Shown piece by piece: positions 18,178 to 26,602 of a stretch of 43,920 nucleotides of DNA (position 1 is the stretch's first letter; every line of letters begins with the position of its first letter). The notes under the pieces are model-generated. The model did not search any database. It saw nothing but the letters and a program-made list of their open reading frames with translations, and was not told the origin of the DNA. This stretch comes from an uncultured Bacteroidaceae bacterium (lineage in GTDB: Bacteria; Bacteroidota; Bacteroidia; Bacteroidales; P3). The DNA lies in NCBI GenBank assembly GCA_964616965.1, contig CAZTVH010000002.1, positions 1 to 43,920 on the forward strand, written 5' to 3'. Both the position numbers and the translations under genes were made by a program.

Positions 18178-19137
18178 CTATCTCCCTTGGAACTCGATGA
18201 TACGCCTGTCGAGGATGCTGCCTTTCTCGAAATTGTGACAGCCACGGAGTACGTCGTTCTCAAGAGGGCGGTCTTCGATAAGGAAGTCGACATATTTAAT
18301 AAATTCGGCACTAAGTGTCTCTGTGGCAGTTTTCCAGAAAAGCGAAGGGGTGTGGTCGACAACATAGTGTGTGATACCGTCTATCGTGTATGTGGGGTGC
18401 TCGATAGAAGTGGGGACACTGGTTTCGACACCGCCATTGCGGTCGCACGAGACATCGATGATGAGGGCACCCCGCTTCATGCGTTGTAGGTCGCGGCGAT
18501 AGATGATGTGGTCGCGTCGCGAGGTGTCCCAAAGAATGGCATTGACCACTACGTCGAAGTCGCCCAGCTCAAGCTGGAAAAGCCGTTCGGTCTTGCGGTC
18601 GTACTGCCTAACCTCGGCCCCCATATAGTTGAGTGTCTTGATAGCCCCACGGGCTATGTTGCCACGTCCTAGCACGGCCGCACGGGTGTTGTAGGGGAAG
18701 ATGCCGTGGCACATGTAGGCGTGGAAGACAGCGGCCTCGCCAGCTATCTCGTTGTTGCGCCAAAAGCTGTGGCGGCCATTTTCGTACATGTCCTCCCAGG
18801 CGAAGGAAGTGAGCCTGCGGGAGATGATTTTGTCGGTGATGTCGCGATTCTGCACTGCATGCACCCACCCAAAAATGGTTTGTCCGTCCAACGACTCTAA
18901 GTATTCGGCATCGCCAATTTTGGGGTCGGCTACAATGTCCATTTGGAGTATCTGGTCGCGAGTGGCGACATTGACACCTCCCCGCCTGTAGTCGTCGTCG
19001 CTGTAGCCCAGCACGTCGCCGTAGCCCGTTTCAATCCATATCTGGCCGGGATGGCGCAACTGCGCTATGTGGCCGGGAATCAGCGTGCGACGCCTTTCGT
19101 TTTCCTTGTGGGATATGGGCAGACCAACTGTTTTCAT
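18178..19137 (-). CDS. Alanine dehydrogenase/PNT-family enzyme resembling N5-(carboxyethyl)ornithine synthase (opine-type synthase)
   Basis: 319 aa. N-terminus MKTVGLPISHKENERRRTLIP and NAD motif VLGRGNIARGAIKTL. Length and architecture fit CEOS (about 313 aa) rather than AlaDH (about 370 aa). Confidence 0.55.
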   Translation of the reverse strand: MKTVGLPISHKENERRRTLIPGHIAQLRHPGQIWIETGYGDVLGYSDDDYRRGGVNVATRDQILQMDIVADPKIGDAEYLESLDGQTIFGWVHAVQNRDITDKIISRRLTSFAWEDMYENGRHSFWRNNEIAGEAAVFHAYMCHGIFPYNTRAAVLGRGNIARGAIKTLNYMGAEVRQYDRKTERLFQLELGDFDVVVNAILWDTSRRDHIIYRRDLQRMKRGALIIDVSCDRNGGVETSVPTSIEHPTYTIDGITHYVVDHTPSLFWKTATETLSAEFIKYVDFLIEDRPLENDVLRGCHNFEKGSILDRRIIEFQGR

Positions 19138-19197
19138 AGCTATATGTTGTGATTGGTGAATAGTGTATTGACAAATGAAATTGGCAGTCCTTTCAAT

Positions 19198-20595
19198 TTA
19201 GAAGAGTCCGCGCGTACCGAGTTTGAAGAAGGCCCATGCGAAAGCCATGATGGGGACCACCCAGTACCATATCTTCACCCACCGATAGTTTCGAGCCGAA
19301 ACAAGCGAGACACCGTACGCCGCCATCACCAGCAGTATGGGCACACCTGGCAAAAGAAACCTTTCAGCATTGGCAAATCCACTCATTGAGATGATACCCA
19401 GATAGGCCACCTCGAACGCACCCATGAGCGAGAGGTCGCGCCAGTTCTTGGAAAGGAACAGGGCATCGAATAGTGCGATAAGAACGAATATACCCAAGAA
19501 GTTACGCACATAGTTACCACCGTGTATCAACTGTTGGTTGTACTGCTCGTCGACATCCACCATAGTGGGGAAGGGAAGGACGAAAATCATTGGGGCCATC
19601 ACAGCACCGGTGGCATATTCAGCCCATTTATATCCTTTAATCATCTGTTGGGTACGCTTCGCCGACTGGTTGTCGGAACGGGTTTCCCACAAGCCCCTTG
19701 CCTCGTTGGCGATGGTACCGCCAGCCAATACTGCCAAGCCTATCACTGCCCAGGTGATGAGCACCACACGGTTCCAGTTGCCCACCAACCTGTTGGTGGT
19801 GAATATCAGAGCCGAAAAGATGGCAAAGACGACTGCGGCACCCAGCACGTTTCGGAAAAAGAAGATGCTGACCACCAACAATGCCTCAATGACGACATCC
19901 CACAGCAACAGCTTGCCTTTGTGCAGCATGCTGTCGGCCTTGTTCAAGGCGGCTACGGTCAGAAATATCATCTCGGTCTCCTTCAGGTGCAGACCACAAT
20001 ACAGGATAAGGTTGGGCATCAGACAGCAGAAAATACCCGACATACGAGCCACCTCCTCACTCAAATTGCGTTTCGCCATCTGATAAACCATCACACACAT
20101 CCATGAACTGATTAGGCACTTTATCACGCGGACAAGATAGATATTAGGGCCGAAGATATTGTATAGTACTGCCAGGTAGACAGGGTAGCCGCGGTCGCCA
20201 ATGGAGCGTGTCTTGAGATAGTCGAATGCTGCATCCCATCCCGACTCGTGATACCACATGGCCTCGTTATGATAGCCAAACGAGTCACTGGCACCAAACT
20301 CAAAGGGGATGCCCGTTTTGACGAGGTAGAAGAAGTAGGCAAAGGTGGTCCATACCAATCGCAAGACTAATGCCGTGAAAAAGAGTTTCCTGACATACTT
20401 GGCCTCCTCCAGCTCGCCCCATTTAAAGGTGTATCGGTTAGACAACAGGAAGAAAAGCAGCACCCAGATGATACCTACGACGATATAAACGGGCTTCATC
20501 ATGTGGCTATAGAACACTGCCGACACTGCGACTAGCGACGCGAGGTATATAAGAATAGCCCTAGTGGAGAACTGTTTGGGAAAATAGGGAATCAT
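19198..20595 (-). CDS. Polytopic membrane protein, GT-C fold (PMT_2/ArnT-like) glycosyltransferase candidate
   Basis: 465 aa with at least 10 hydrophobic segments. The first loop has acidic/aromatic SDSFGYHNEAMWYHE. The segment VRVIKCLISSWMCVMVYQMAKRNLSEEVARMSGIFCCLMPNLI follows the PMT_2 pattern. Confidence 0.5.
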   Translation of the reverse strand: MIPYFPKQFSTRAILIYLASLVAVSAVFYSHMMKPVYIVVGIIWVLLFFLLSNRYTFKWGELEEAKYVRKLFFTALVLRLVWTTFAYFFYLVKTGIPFEFGASDSFGYHNEAMWYHESGWDAAFDYLKTRSIGDRGYPVYLAVLYNIFGPNIYLVRVIKCLISSWMCVMVYQMAKRNLSEEVARMSGIFCCLMPNLILYCGLHLKETEMIFLTVAALNKADSMLHKGKLLLWDVVIEALLVVSIFFFRNVLGAAVVFAIFSALIFTTNRLVGNWNRVVLITWAVIGLAVLAGGTIANEARGLWETRSDNQSAKRTQQMIKGYKWAEYATGAVMAPMIFVLPFPTMVDVDEQYNQQLIHGGNYVRNFLGIFVLIALFDALFLSKNWRDLSLMGAFEVAYLGIISMSGFANAERFLLPGVPILLVMAAYGVSLVSARNYRWVKIWYWVVPIMAFAWAFFKLGTRGLF

Positions 20596-21602
20596 GTAAG
20601 AATGTGTGAATTCGAATTAATCTTTTTTAATCTGCTCTTGATGGAGGCCGCCCGGTCTAGGAGAGCAAATCGCAACCGCTGCCACCATAGGGGGGAATGA
20701 TATTGCTGATATATACTATGCGAGACATGGGCCCAGTCAACTTTCGCCAACTGTGCCAGGGCCTGGGCATGGTATTCTCTAGAGAGGTAGAAACGATAGA
20801 GTCCACTGGCGCGCAGGCGGTCAAGGAGGAGTTTGAGGTCGGCGTTGTGCCGTTCCTCCTCCTCCAGAAAGTCCAGATTCCACAACATGTGGTTCTCAGG
20901 CTTGTGCAGGCGACGGGTTGCCCGTTCCTTAGGAGAAAGGTCTTGATAATAATTAGCTAATGGCTGGTTGGCCAATGCCACTTTATGCCTTAACGCAATA
21001 CTAATCCAAAAAACAAAGTCTTCGCCAAACGTGATGCCACTCTTGAAACCACCCGATTCGACAAACAAGCCACGGGGCAGAGCAACCGAGCTCGACGTGA
21101 TGGGCATGCATAGGGTGCGGGCGTATGTCTTGCAATAGTTTATATAACCTCTCTGAAAATCCTTCCCCACACCGATAGGGGCTACCCGTCGCTCTCCATT
21201 CTTCACCAGATAGAAACCTGTGCCATACATCCCCGCCTCTGGACATTCGGCTATCAACTGCGCCATTGTTTCCAAAAAAGTGGGTTCCCACCAGTCGTCG
21301 GCATCCAGAAAGCATACATACTCGCCTTGTGCCATCTCCACACCTCGATTTCGGGCTGCGGTCACTCCCGCATTATCCTGCTGTATCACTCTGCACCTAT
21401 CGTGCCCCCCAATCGATTGGCGCACCACTTGCAAGGAGTTGTCGGTACTTCCATCATCCACCACTATAGTCTCGTAATCGGCATAGGTTTGCGCAAAAAC
21501 GCTGGCGAGTGTCCTAGCCACATAATCCGACTTGTTGTAGAGTGGAATTATCACCGAAAACTTCATGTTCTCAAAGGAGTTTAGTTTTTCTTCGGCAACC
21601 AA
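20592..21602 (-). CDS. GT2 (GT-A) glycosyltransferase
   Basis: FSVIIPLYNKSDYVARTLASVFAQTY, VVDDGSTDNS and FLDADDWW. Alternative start ATG 21566 (MKFSVII). ATGA overlap with the next gene at 20592-20595. Confidence 0.85.
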   Translation of the reverse strand: MVAEEKLNSFENMKFSVIIPLYNKSDYVARTLASVFAQTYADYETIVVDDGSTDNSLQVVRQSIGGHDRCRVIQQDNAGVTAARNRGVEMAQGEYVCFLDADDWWEPTFLETMAQLIAECPEAGMYGTGFYLVKNGERRVAPIGVGKDFQRGYINYCKTYARTLCMPITSSSVALPRGLFVESGGFKSGITFGEDFVFWISIALRHKVALANQPLANYYQDLSPKERATRRLHKPENHMLWNLDFLEEEERHNADLKLLLDRLRASGLYRFYLSREYHAQALAQLAKVDWAHVSHSIYQQYHSPLWWQRLRFALLDRAASIKSRLKKINSNSHILT

Positions 21603-22555
21603 GATCCCTCGTGATGGAGCAGGCGTTTCAGCCGTCGGTTCATCCTATAGGGCAAATTTCGCCAGCCCATCTTGCCGTAATTGTTAGGGTCGAAATAGAT
21701 GGTTTGGAAATCGTAGTCTGCCTGCCGCTGGATGCTGCAGTCGGTAGGGTGCCGCAACGGCAGGATAGGATATGTTTTTCGGGCGGCCATGGGGGAGAAT
21801 GAACTGCTTGTATGCGTGGCATCCTCGCAGAAACCGATGTTGGAGCAGAGGTTCACATTGGGGATGATACCCTTGCCCCCCCTGCGCCATATCGACATCC
21901 AGAACTGCTGGTCCCAGCTAGAGTCATGCAGTCCGTCGAGGTGTATCTCGTCAAGTCGGGCACACCAATATTCGCGTTCCCTCAGCTTTGCACCATAGCG
22001 TTTCAAGCAGCGCGAAAGATCCCGGCGTGAGAAGTCGGCTAACTTGATGTCGAAATACCGCCATGCCCTACGCCATGAAGCCCACGCGCAGAGTGTGTGG
22101 TTCATCTTCGAGAAGTAGTACGACCCGTCGCCATACCGCTTGCCCTCAATTTGCATACTCCCGATAGCCATGACGCTGTTGTCGTTGCGGTATCTGTCGA
22201 GCAATTCCGTCGCAAAGCCGAAAAAGTCCTGATGTGGCACTGCATCGTCTTCCAATATAATGCCCTCTTCCACATGGTCGAAAAACCAAGTGATGGCATA
22301 GGCGGGACCAGGACCGCAACCCATGTTCACCTCCGAGTAGTACCGCTGCACGTCGCACTGCCAGTTCACCATCTCATCAACCACACGCCTCACCTCCTCG
22401 CAACGTTCGCTATCGACAACATTGTTTGGGCGTGCTCCATCCTGAAACACAAACAGCCTTTCGGGGCGACAGGCTTGCAGCGCCTCCAGCACCCGTCTGG
22501 TCTGTTTCGGGCGATTGAACGTTATCAGTAGTATCGGTGTTGTCATTCGATTCAC
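21581..22555 (-). CDS. GT-A fold glycosyltransferase (GNT-I / HlpA-like nucleotide-diphospho-sugar transferase)
   Basis: PILLITFNRPKQTRRVLEAL and ILEDDAVP (EDD motif). GTG start at 22555 overlaps the upstream stop; alternative start ATG 22546. Confidence 0.65.
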   Translation of the reverse strand: MNRMTTPILLITFNRPKQTRRVLEALQACRPERLFVFQDGARPNNVVDSERCEEVRRVVDEMVNWQCDVQRYYSEVNMGCGPGPAYAITWFFDHVEEGIILEDDAVPHQDFFGFATELLDRYRNDNSVMAIGSMQIEGKRYGDGSYYFSKMNHTLCAWASWRRAWRYFDIKLADFSRRDLSRCLKRYGAKLREREYWCARLDEIHLDGLHDSSWDQQFWMSIWRRGGKGIIPNVNLCSNIGFCEDATHTSSSFSPMAARKTYPILPLRHPTDCSIQRQADYDFQTIYFDPNNYGKMGWRNLPYRMNRRLKRLLHHEGSWLPKKN

Positions 22556-23430
22556 AGTTTCACGCCATTCAGATAATAGCTGTCTATCGGCTTTCTTCCA
22601 ATACCTTTGAGTTTGCGATAGCGGTAGTTGGTTTCCCCATCGGTCAACACGGGCACAATGCCCTTTCTTCTAAGTAGCTGCTGCGTTGCCTCTGTACGCC
22701 TGCCCCAAGTGTAGGCAAAGAAAGGAACAAATCTGGGATGCCTGCCCAATATTTCCATGCACTTGTCTACAGACTCTTCAAACTCCTCAATACTCAACTT
22801 CTTAGCATCGGTGTGTTCGTAGCCGTGCATTCCCACTGACACCAAGTTGCCAGACAATTCCCACAACTGGTCGTGGGTGATGTATTGCGGGGCCTCGGCA
22901 TAGCCCTCCCTCTTACTTTTCCCGTCAAGATATTTAGGGTTGATAAAGAGGGTCACTGGTATTTGTTCTTTTTCAAGAAACGGCATGACACCGAGTATCG
23001 ACGCATCTCCGTCATCGCATGTCAACACCGCATACGGTTGTCTCCTGCACCACGGCCTACGCAATCGTTGGTAAGCATCCTGTAGTGATATGAACCTGTA
23101 TTTCGTCTTCAGCGACAGAATAAAGTTCTCAAATTCTTTTGTCTGAGACCAGTCAACCCGCTTGTTTCTACGCTCGTCGAAAGTATCCGACACAGCATGA
23201 AACACAAGCACCTCTATCGGTGCGTAGCACAACTTGTCCCACCATCGGGATATATTCTTAACTGTAAGCCGATTCACATTGAAAAAATAGATAATTGATA
23301 ATAGGCTGGCGCAGTCATTCGTCAATTCACTATTCACCAATTTCAGAAAATCCTCTTCATGTTGTGCCAAAAAGTCTTGTGGCCTCGTGTAACGAAGAGC
23401 TGCTCCAACGCGTAACGCAACGCCTTCCAT
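22552..23430 (-). CDS. Polysaccharide deacetylase (NodB homology, CE4)
   Basis: LTCDDGDAS (TFDDG-type motif 1) and HGYEH. ATG 23430 would overlap the upstream gene by 88 nt. TTG 23340 or GTG 23337, just after that stop, are plausible alternative starts. Confidence 0.75.
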   Translation of the reverse strand: MEGVALRVGAALRYTRPQDFLAQHEEDFLKLVNSELTNDCASLLSIIYFFNVNRLTVKNISRWWDKLCYAPIEVLVFHAVSDTFDERRNKRVDWSQTKEFENFILSLKTKYRFISLQDAYQRLRRPWCRRQPYAVLTCDDGDASILGVMPFLEKEQIPVTLFINPKYLDGKSKREGYAEAPQYITHDQLWELSGNLVSVGMHGYEHTDAKKLSIEEFEESVDKCMEILGRHPRFVPFFAYTWGRRTEATQQLLRRKGIVPVLTDGETNYRYRKLKGIGRKPIDSYYLNGVKL

Positions 23431-24254
23431 TTATTAGTGTCCGCGTACAGGTCTACATGGCATTGCAGGGTTTCGCCATAGACGTGACGGGCTTCGGGGA
23501 TGCGGTTTTTGCGATAAAACTCCTTGTCTATCGGAAGTGTCACGGTGCAATACTGAGCCTTTGATATCTGTGAGGCTATTCCGCCTGCATGGAGGCGGTA
23601 CACCCCGCCCACGAAGGCAAACAGGTAGCCCTTCCCAGCTTTGAGCAGATGATATATCTCATGCTGGTCTCGGTAATACTTGTATCGTTTCTGCCATTCA
23701 GGACTAAACATAGCAGTGCGGAAAAGCATGGTGAGCGGCTGTGTTATCCAGTCCTTGAAAAACATTTCTATGGTGACATCCACCCCCTGCTCTCCTCTCG
23801 CAAAAAGAGGACCACAGAGGTCTGGCTCAAATTGCCCGGTTTGCTCATTGTATCGTTGGCAACGATGGAAACAGATGGAGTATTCCGGATGGCTTTCCAT
23901 AAAGTCTACCTGCTTTTGCAGTTTCAACGGGTCGGTCCAATAATCGTCGCCCTCGCACGAGGCAATATATTTGCCTCTGGCACGGGAATAGTTGAACACT
24001 ATGTCCATCCGTCCCCTGTATCCATGCGTGAATCTGTTTTCTTTTTCATACAGGGGGAACACCTTGTCTGGATACTTTGCCTCATACTCGCGCAGGATAT
24101 CGTCTGTTCCGTCGGTCGAAGCGTCGTCGTGAACCAGTATCTCAAACGGGAAGTCAGTCTTCTGCATTAAGAACCCGTCCAGACATTGGCGAACAAAGCG
24201 TGCGTGGTTGTAGGTCAGGCAGCAGATACTCACTAAAGGTGTCGTTTCATTCAT
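23343..24254 (-). CDS. GT2 glycosyltransferase
   Basis: VSICCLTYNHARFVRQCLDGFLMQ, VHDDASTDGT and CEGDDYW. Confidence 0.85.
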   Translation of the reverse strand: MNETTPLVSICCLTYNHARFVRQCLDGFLMQKTDFPFEILVHDDASTDGTDDILREYEAKYPDKVFPLYEKENRFTHGYRGRMDIVFNYSRARGKYIASCEGDDYWTDPLKLQKQVDFMESHPEYSICFHRCQRYNEQTGQFEPDLCGPLFARGEQGVDVTIEMFFKDWITQPLTMLFRTAMFSPEWQKRYKYYRDQHEIYHLLKAGKGYLFAFVGGVYRLHAGGIASQISKAQYCTVTLPIDKEFYRKNRIPEARHVYGETLQCHVDLYADTNKWKALRYALEQLFVTRGHKTFWHNMKRIF

Positions 24255-25455
24255 ATTCTATCACCACCTTTCTGTCAATCTCATCTTGTAGCGATTCCAT
24301 TGCCTCACGGCTATCGGTGCAAGCCACATAGAACCCAATCCTATTGCCCCCATCCGTAGGCCGACAAATCTTGTCGCCCGGCTTGAAGTTCATCTGCCAA
24401 TAGAGCACTTCTTTGCGTGAGTCCAGCAGGTCGGTACCCCTGACCCTTGCCACAGTCCCCCCGGCTTCGGTTGTGTCGAAAAACTTCAGTACCGCCACTT
24501 TCCCGTTGCGCAAACTCTGAGGATCGATAGTCTCATTTACCTCACCCTTCACAAACATGTCTATCAGCATCCCATAGTTGTCCAAGCCAGTGAGAGCAGG
24601 CACTATGTGCGACGAGATGAGGTTGCCACCCCCGCGTGCTCCGATTTCCAGCAGGTAGAACTCGCCATCTTCATACCTATATTCCGCATGGGTGAAGCCG
24701 AAAGGCAGGCCGGAAAGTTCGACAAACTTATTGTTCACCTCTCTCAGCCGGTCATAGTCGTAGCGGGGGTTGTCGTACGAGAAAAAGAGATAGCTGTCCA
24801 AATTACGGTTGTAATCGAACTGGTTCTTTTCCGAAATGGCAAGACACACATGGCCCTGAGGCAAACGTATCCCGTCGACAGAGAACTCTGACCCAGAAAT
24901 AAACCGTTCGCAAATGACAGCCTTCCGATGATGGGAGTAGCCTATCGAGGCATCGAACAGCCGACGCAGCTGCCCCTCGTCCTCAATGGTGAAAACTCCT
25001 CTGCTGCTGTTGGCATCTATTGGTTTGATAATCATTTTGTGATGCAACGAGTGGAAAAAGTCAACTGCTTCATCCACCGTTTCGCAAACCCTATAGGCCG
25101 GATAGGGCAGACCGTGGTCTCGACAGAAATCCCTCATCAGCGACTTGTCGGTATACAGGCGGGCCATAGGTTCCGTCTGGGAGGGGAGGCCTAACTGTGA
25201 GGAGACAAAAGCCAAGGTCGGGGTTGCGATATCGCATTGGTCCGACATCACTGCCACCACCTCCAGCCGCCTAGCCGCCTCCAAGACTGCATCGCGGTCA
25301 AGGATGTCGGCATACACAATCTCATCGGCATACTTAAAAGCCGGAGCGTCGGGATAGGGATGCAGCACGGCTACACGGTAACCCCGTTCTTTCAGTTTCT
25401 TAATGAGCGGTATCTGCCACACAGTACCCGGCAGAACCATAACAGTCTTACACAT
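24247..25455 (-). CDS. ATP-grasp family ligase
   Basis: 402 aa. MIIKPIDANSSRGVF, ICERFISGSEFSVDG and HAEYRYEDGEFYLLEIGARGGG. Confidence 0.8.
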   Translation of the reverse strand: MCKTVMVLPGTVWQIPLIKKLKERGYRVAVLHPYPDAPAFKYADEIVYADILDRDAVLEAARRLEVVAVMSDQCDIATPTLAFVSSQLGLPSQTEPMARLYTDKSLMRDFCRDHGLPYPAYRVCETVDEAVDFFHSLHHKMIIKPIDANSSRGVFTIEDEGQLRRLFDASIGYSHHRKAVICERFISGSEFSVDGIRLPQGHVCLAISEKNQFDYNRNLDSYLFFSYDNPRYDYDRLREVNNKFVELSGLPFGFTHAEYRYEDGEFYLLEIGARGGGNLISSHIVPALTGLDNYGMLIDMFVKGEVNETIDPQSLRNGKVAVLKFFDTTEAGGTVARVRGTDLLDSRKEVLYWQMNFKPGDKICRPTDGGNRIGFYVACTDSREAMESLQDEIDRKVVIEYE

Positions 25456-25535
25456 ACATTATTATTTTGCAACATGCAAACAGCAACTTGTGAAATAAAG
25501 CGTTCGTGTCGCTGTTCACTAATCACTTATCACAA

Positions 25536-26558
25536 TTAGATAAGGGTTTTGATTTTATTGATATTATGCTCGTCTTCGGCAGTTAGCTCATGCTTGAAAG
25601 TGCCATCGCCTTGGGCGATGCCGAGAACTGAGTGTGCATCGTTATAGTTGTCAACCACCACGTCGCCCCTCTCTCCAACATATCCTCCACTCACCACAGG
25701 TATGCCGCCGATAATTGTCCTGCCCAAACGCGACTTCACCAACTCACTCGTCTCCATCACGTTCACTACCATTCCAGAAACGCCTGCCCTATCGTCGGAG
25801 CGATAGACCCTTGCTCCTCCCCGACGTTGTAGGCTTACGAAATCGGAGGAGAAACTATTGGTGCCGATGTCGAATATCCAATCAAAGTGCATTGCCGAAA
25901 GCTCCTCCTCGTAGGAGGTCTTTTGCTGCAGGCTGCACCCTATAAGAGTATCAAATCTTTCACCCTTCAGGTCAGCGACTGTGTGCAGATAGCGCGACGT
26001 TATCTCCACGTTGCCTCCAGCAGTGGGAAACAGGGGCTGTGGGTATTCTTTCCCATAGACACACACATCCATACCTCGCCCGACCATTTCAAGCAACAGT
26101 TTCGTCGCCAATATGCTGCGACCCACCAGAAGTCTACGGTCGCCAAAGCCTGCCATGCCCGTCTTGTGCTGTTCTATCTCCAGCATGAAGGCTATGGCCG
26201 AGGACACCCATGTCGCATAGTCGCTACAATATGCCACTGTCATACCCGCAGCCGTGGCCAGCTGCGAGGCGGTGCTGCGTATCTGCTCCGAGTTGCTACG
26301 CTTCGCGTCAATGTCCACCATCACCGTGTCGACAATGCCTTCTGCCTGCCCTATGATGAAGGGGAGGTGGCTTTCGTCGCCTAGCGACACAAAGCCAATG
26401 ATATTGGTGACACTCTCGCGCACTGCGGGAATACATGGTTCTCTATCCTCTTCAAGCGTATGCTGGAGCAGGATGAGTACCGAACGCTTGTTTGTGATTT
26501 CCATCAGACGCTCCATGTCTTGGAGCATCTGGCGGTATTTTTCCTTATAGTCTGTCAT
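25536..26558 (-). CDS. Hypothetical protein (orphan to my eye; possible degenerate Rossmann-like core)
   Basis: 340 aa, with codon usage like its neighbours and tight spacing in the operon. RRLLVGRSILATKLLLEMVGRGMDVCVYG resembles a beta-alpha-beta dinucleotide fold, with GRSxxA in place of GxGxxA. Confidence 0.6.
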   Translation of the reverse strand: MTDYKEKYRQMLQDMERLMEITNKRSVLILLQHTLEEDREPCIPAVRESVTNIIGFVSLGDESHLPFIIGQAEGIVDTVMVDIDAKRSNSEQIRSTASQLATAAGMTVAYCSDYATWVSSAIAFMLEIEQHKTGMAGFGDRRLLVGRSILATKLLLEMVGRGMDVCVYGKEYPQPLFPTAGGNVEITSRYLHTVADLKGERFDTLIGCSLQQKTSYEEELSAMHFDWIFDIGTNSFSSDFVSLQRRGGARVYRSDDRAGVSGMVVNVMETSELVKSRLGRTIIGGIPVVSGGYVGERGDVVVDNYNDAHSVLGIAQGDGTFKHELTAEDEHNINKIKTLI

Positions 26559-26602
26559 TTGTTTTCGAAGAAAGTGAACTCATGAATCAAAGCATTCACA
26601 AA

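Noticed and set aside
11406-20106. Other long antisense ORFs (11406-12140, 15885-16601, 17114-17746, 19522-20106 and similar)
   Set aside because: Each lies fully inside a minus-strand gene with clear family motifs. They have biased His/Arg/Pro/Leu composition and no independent signals.
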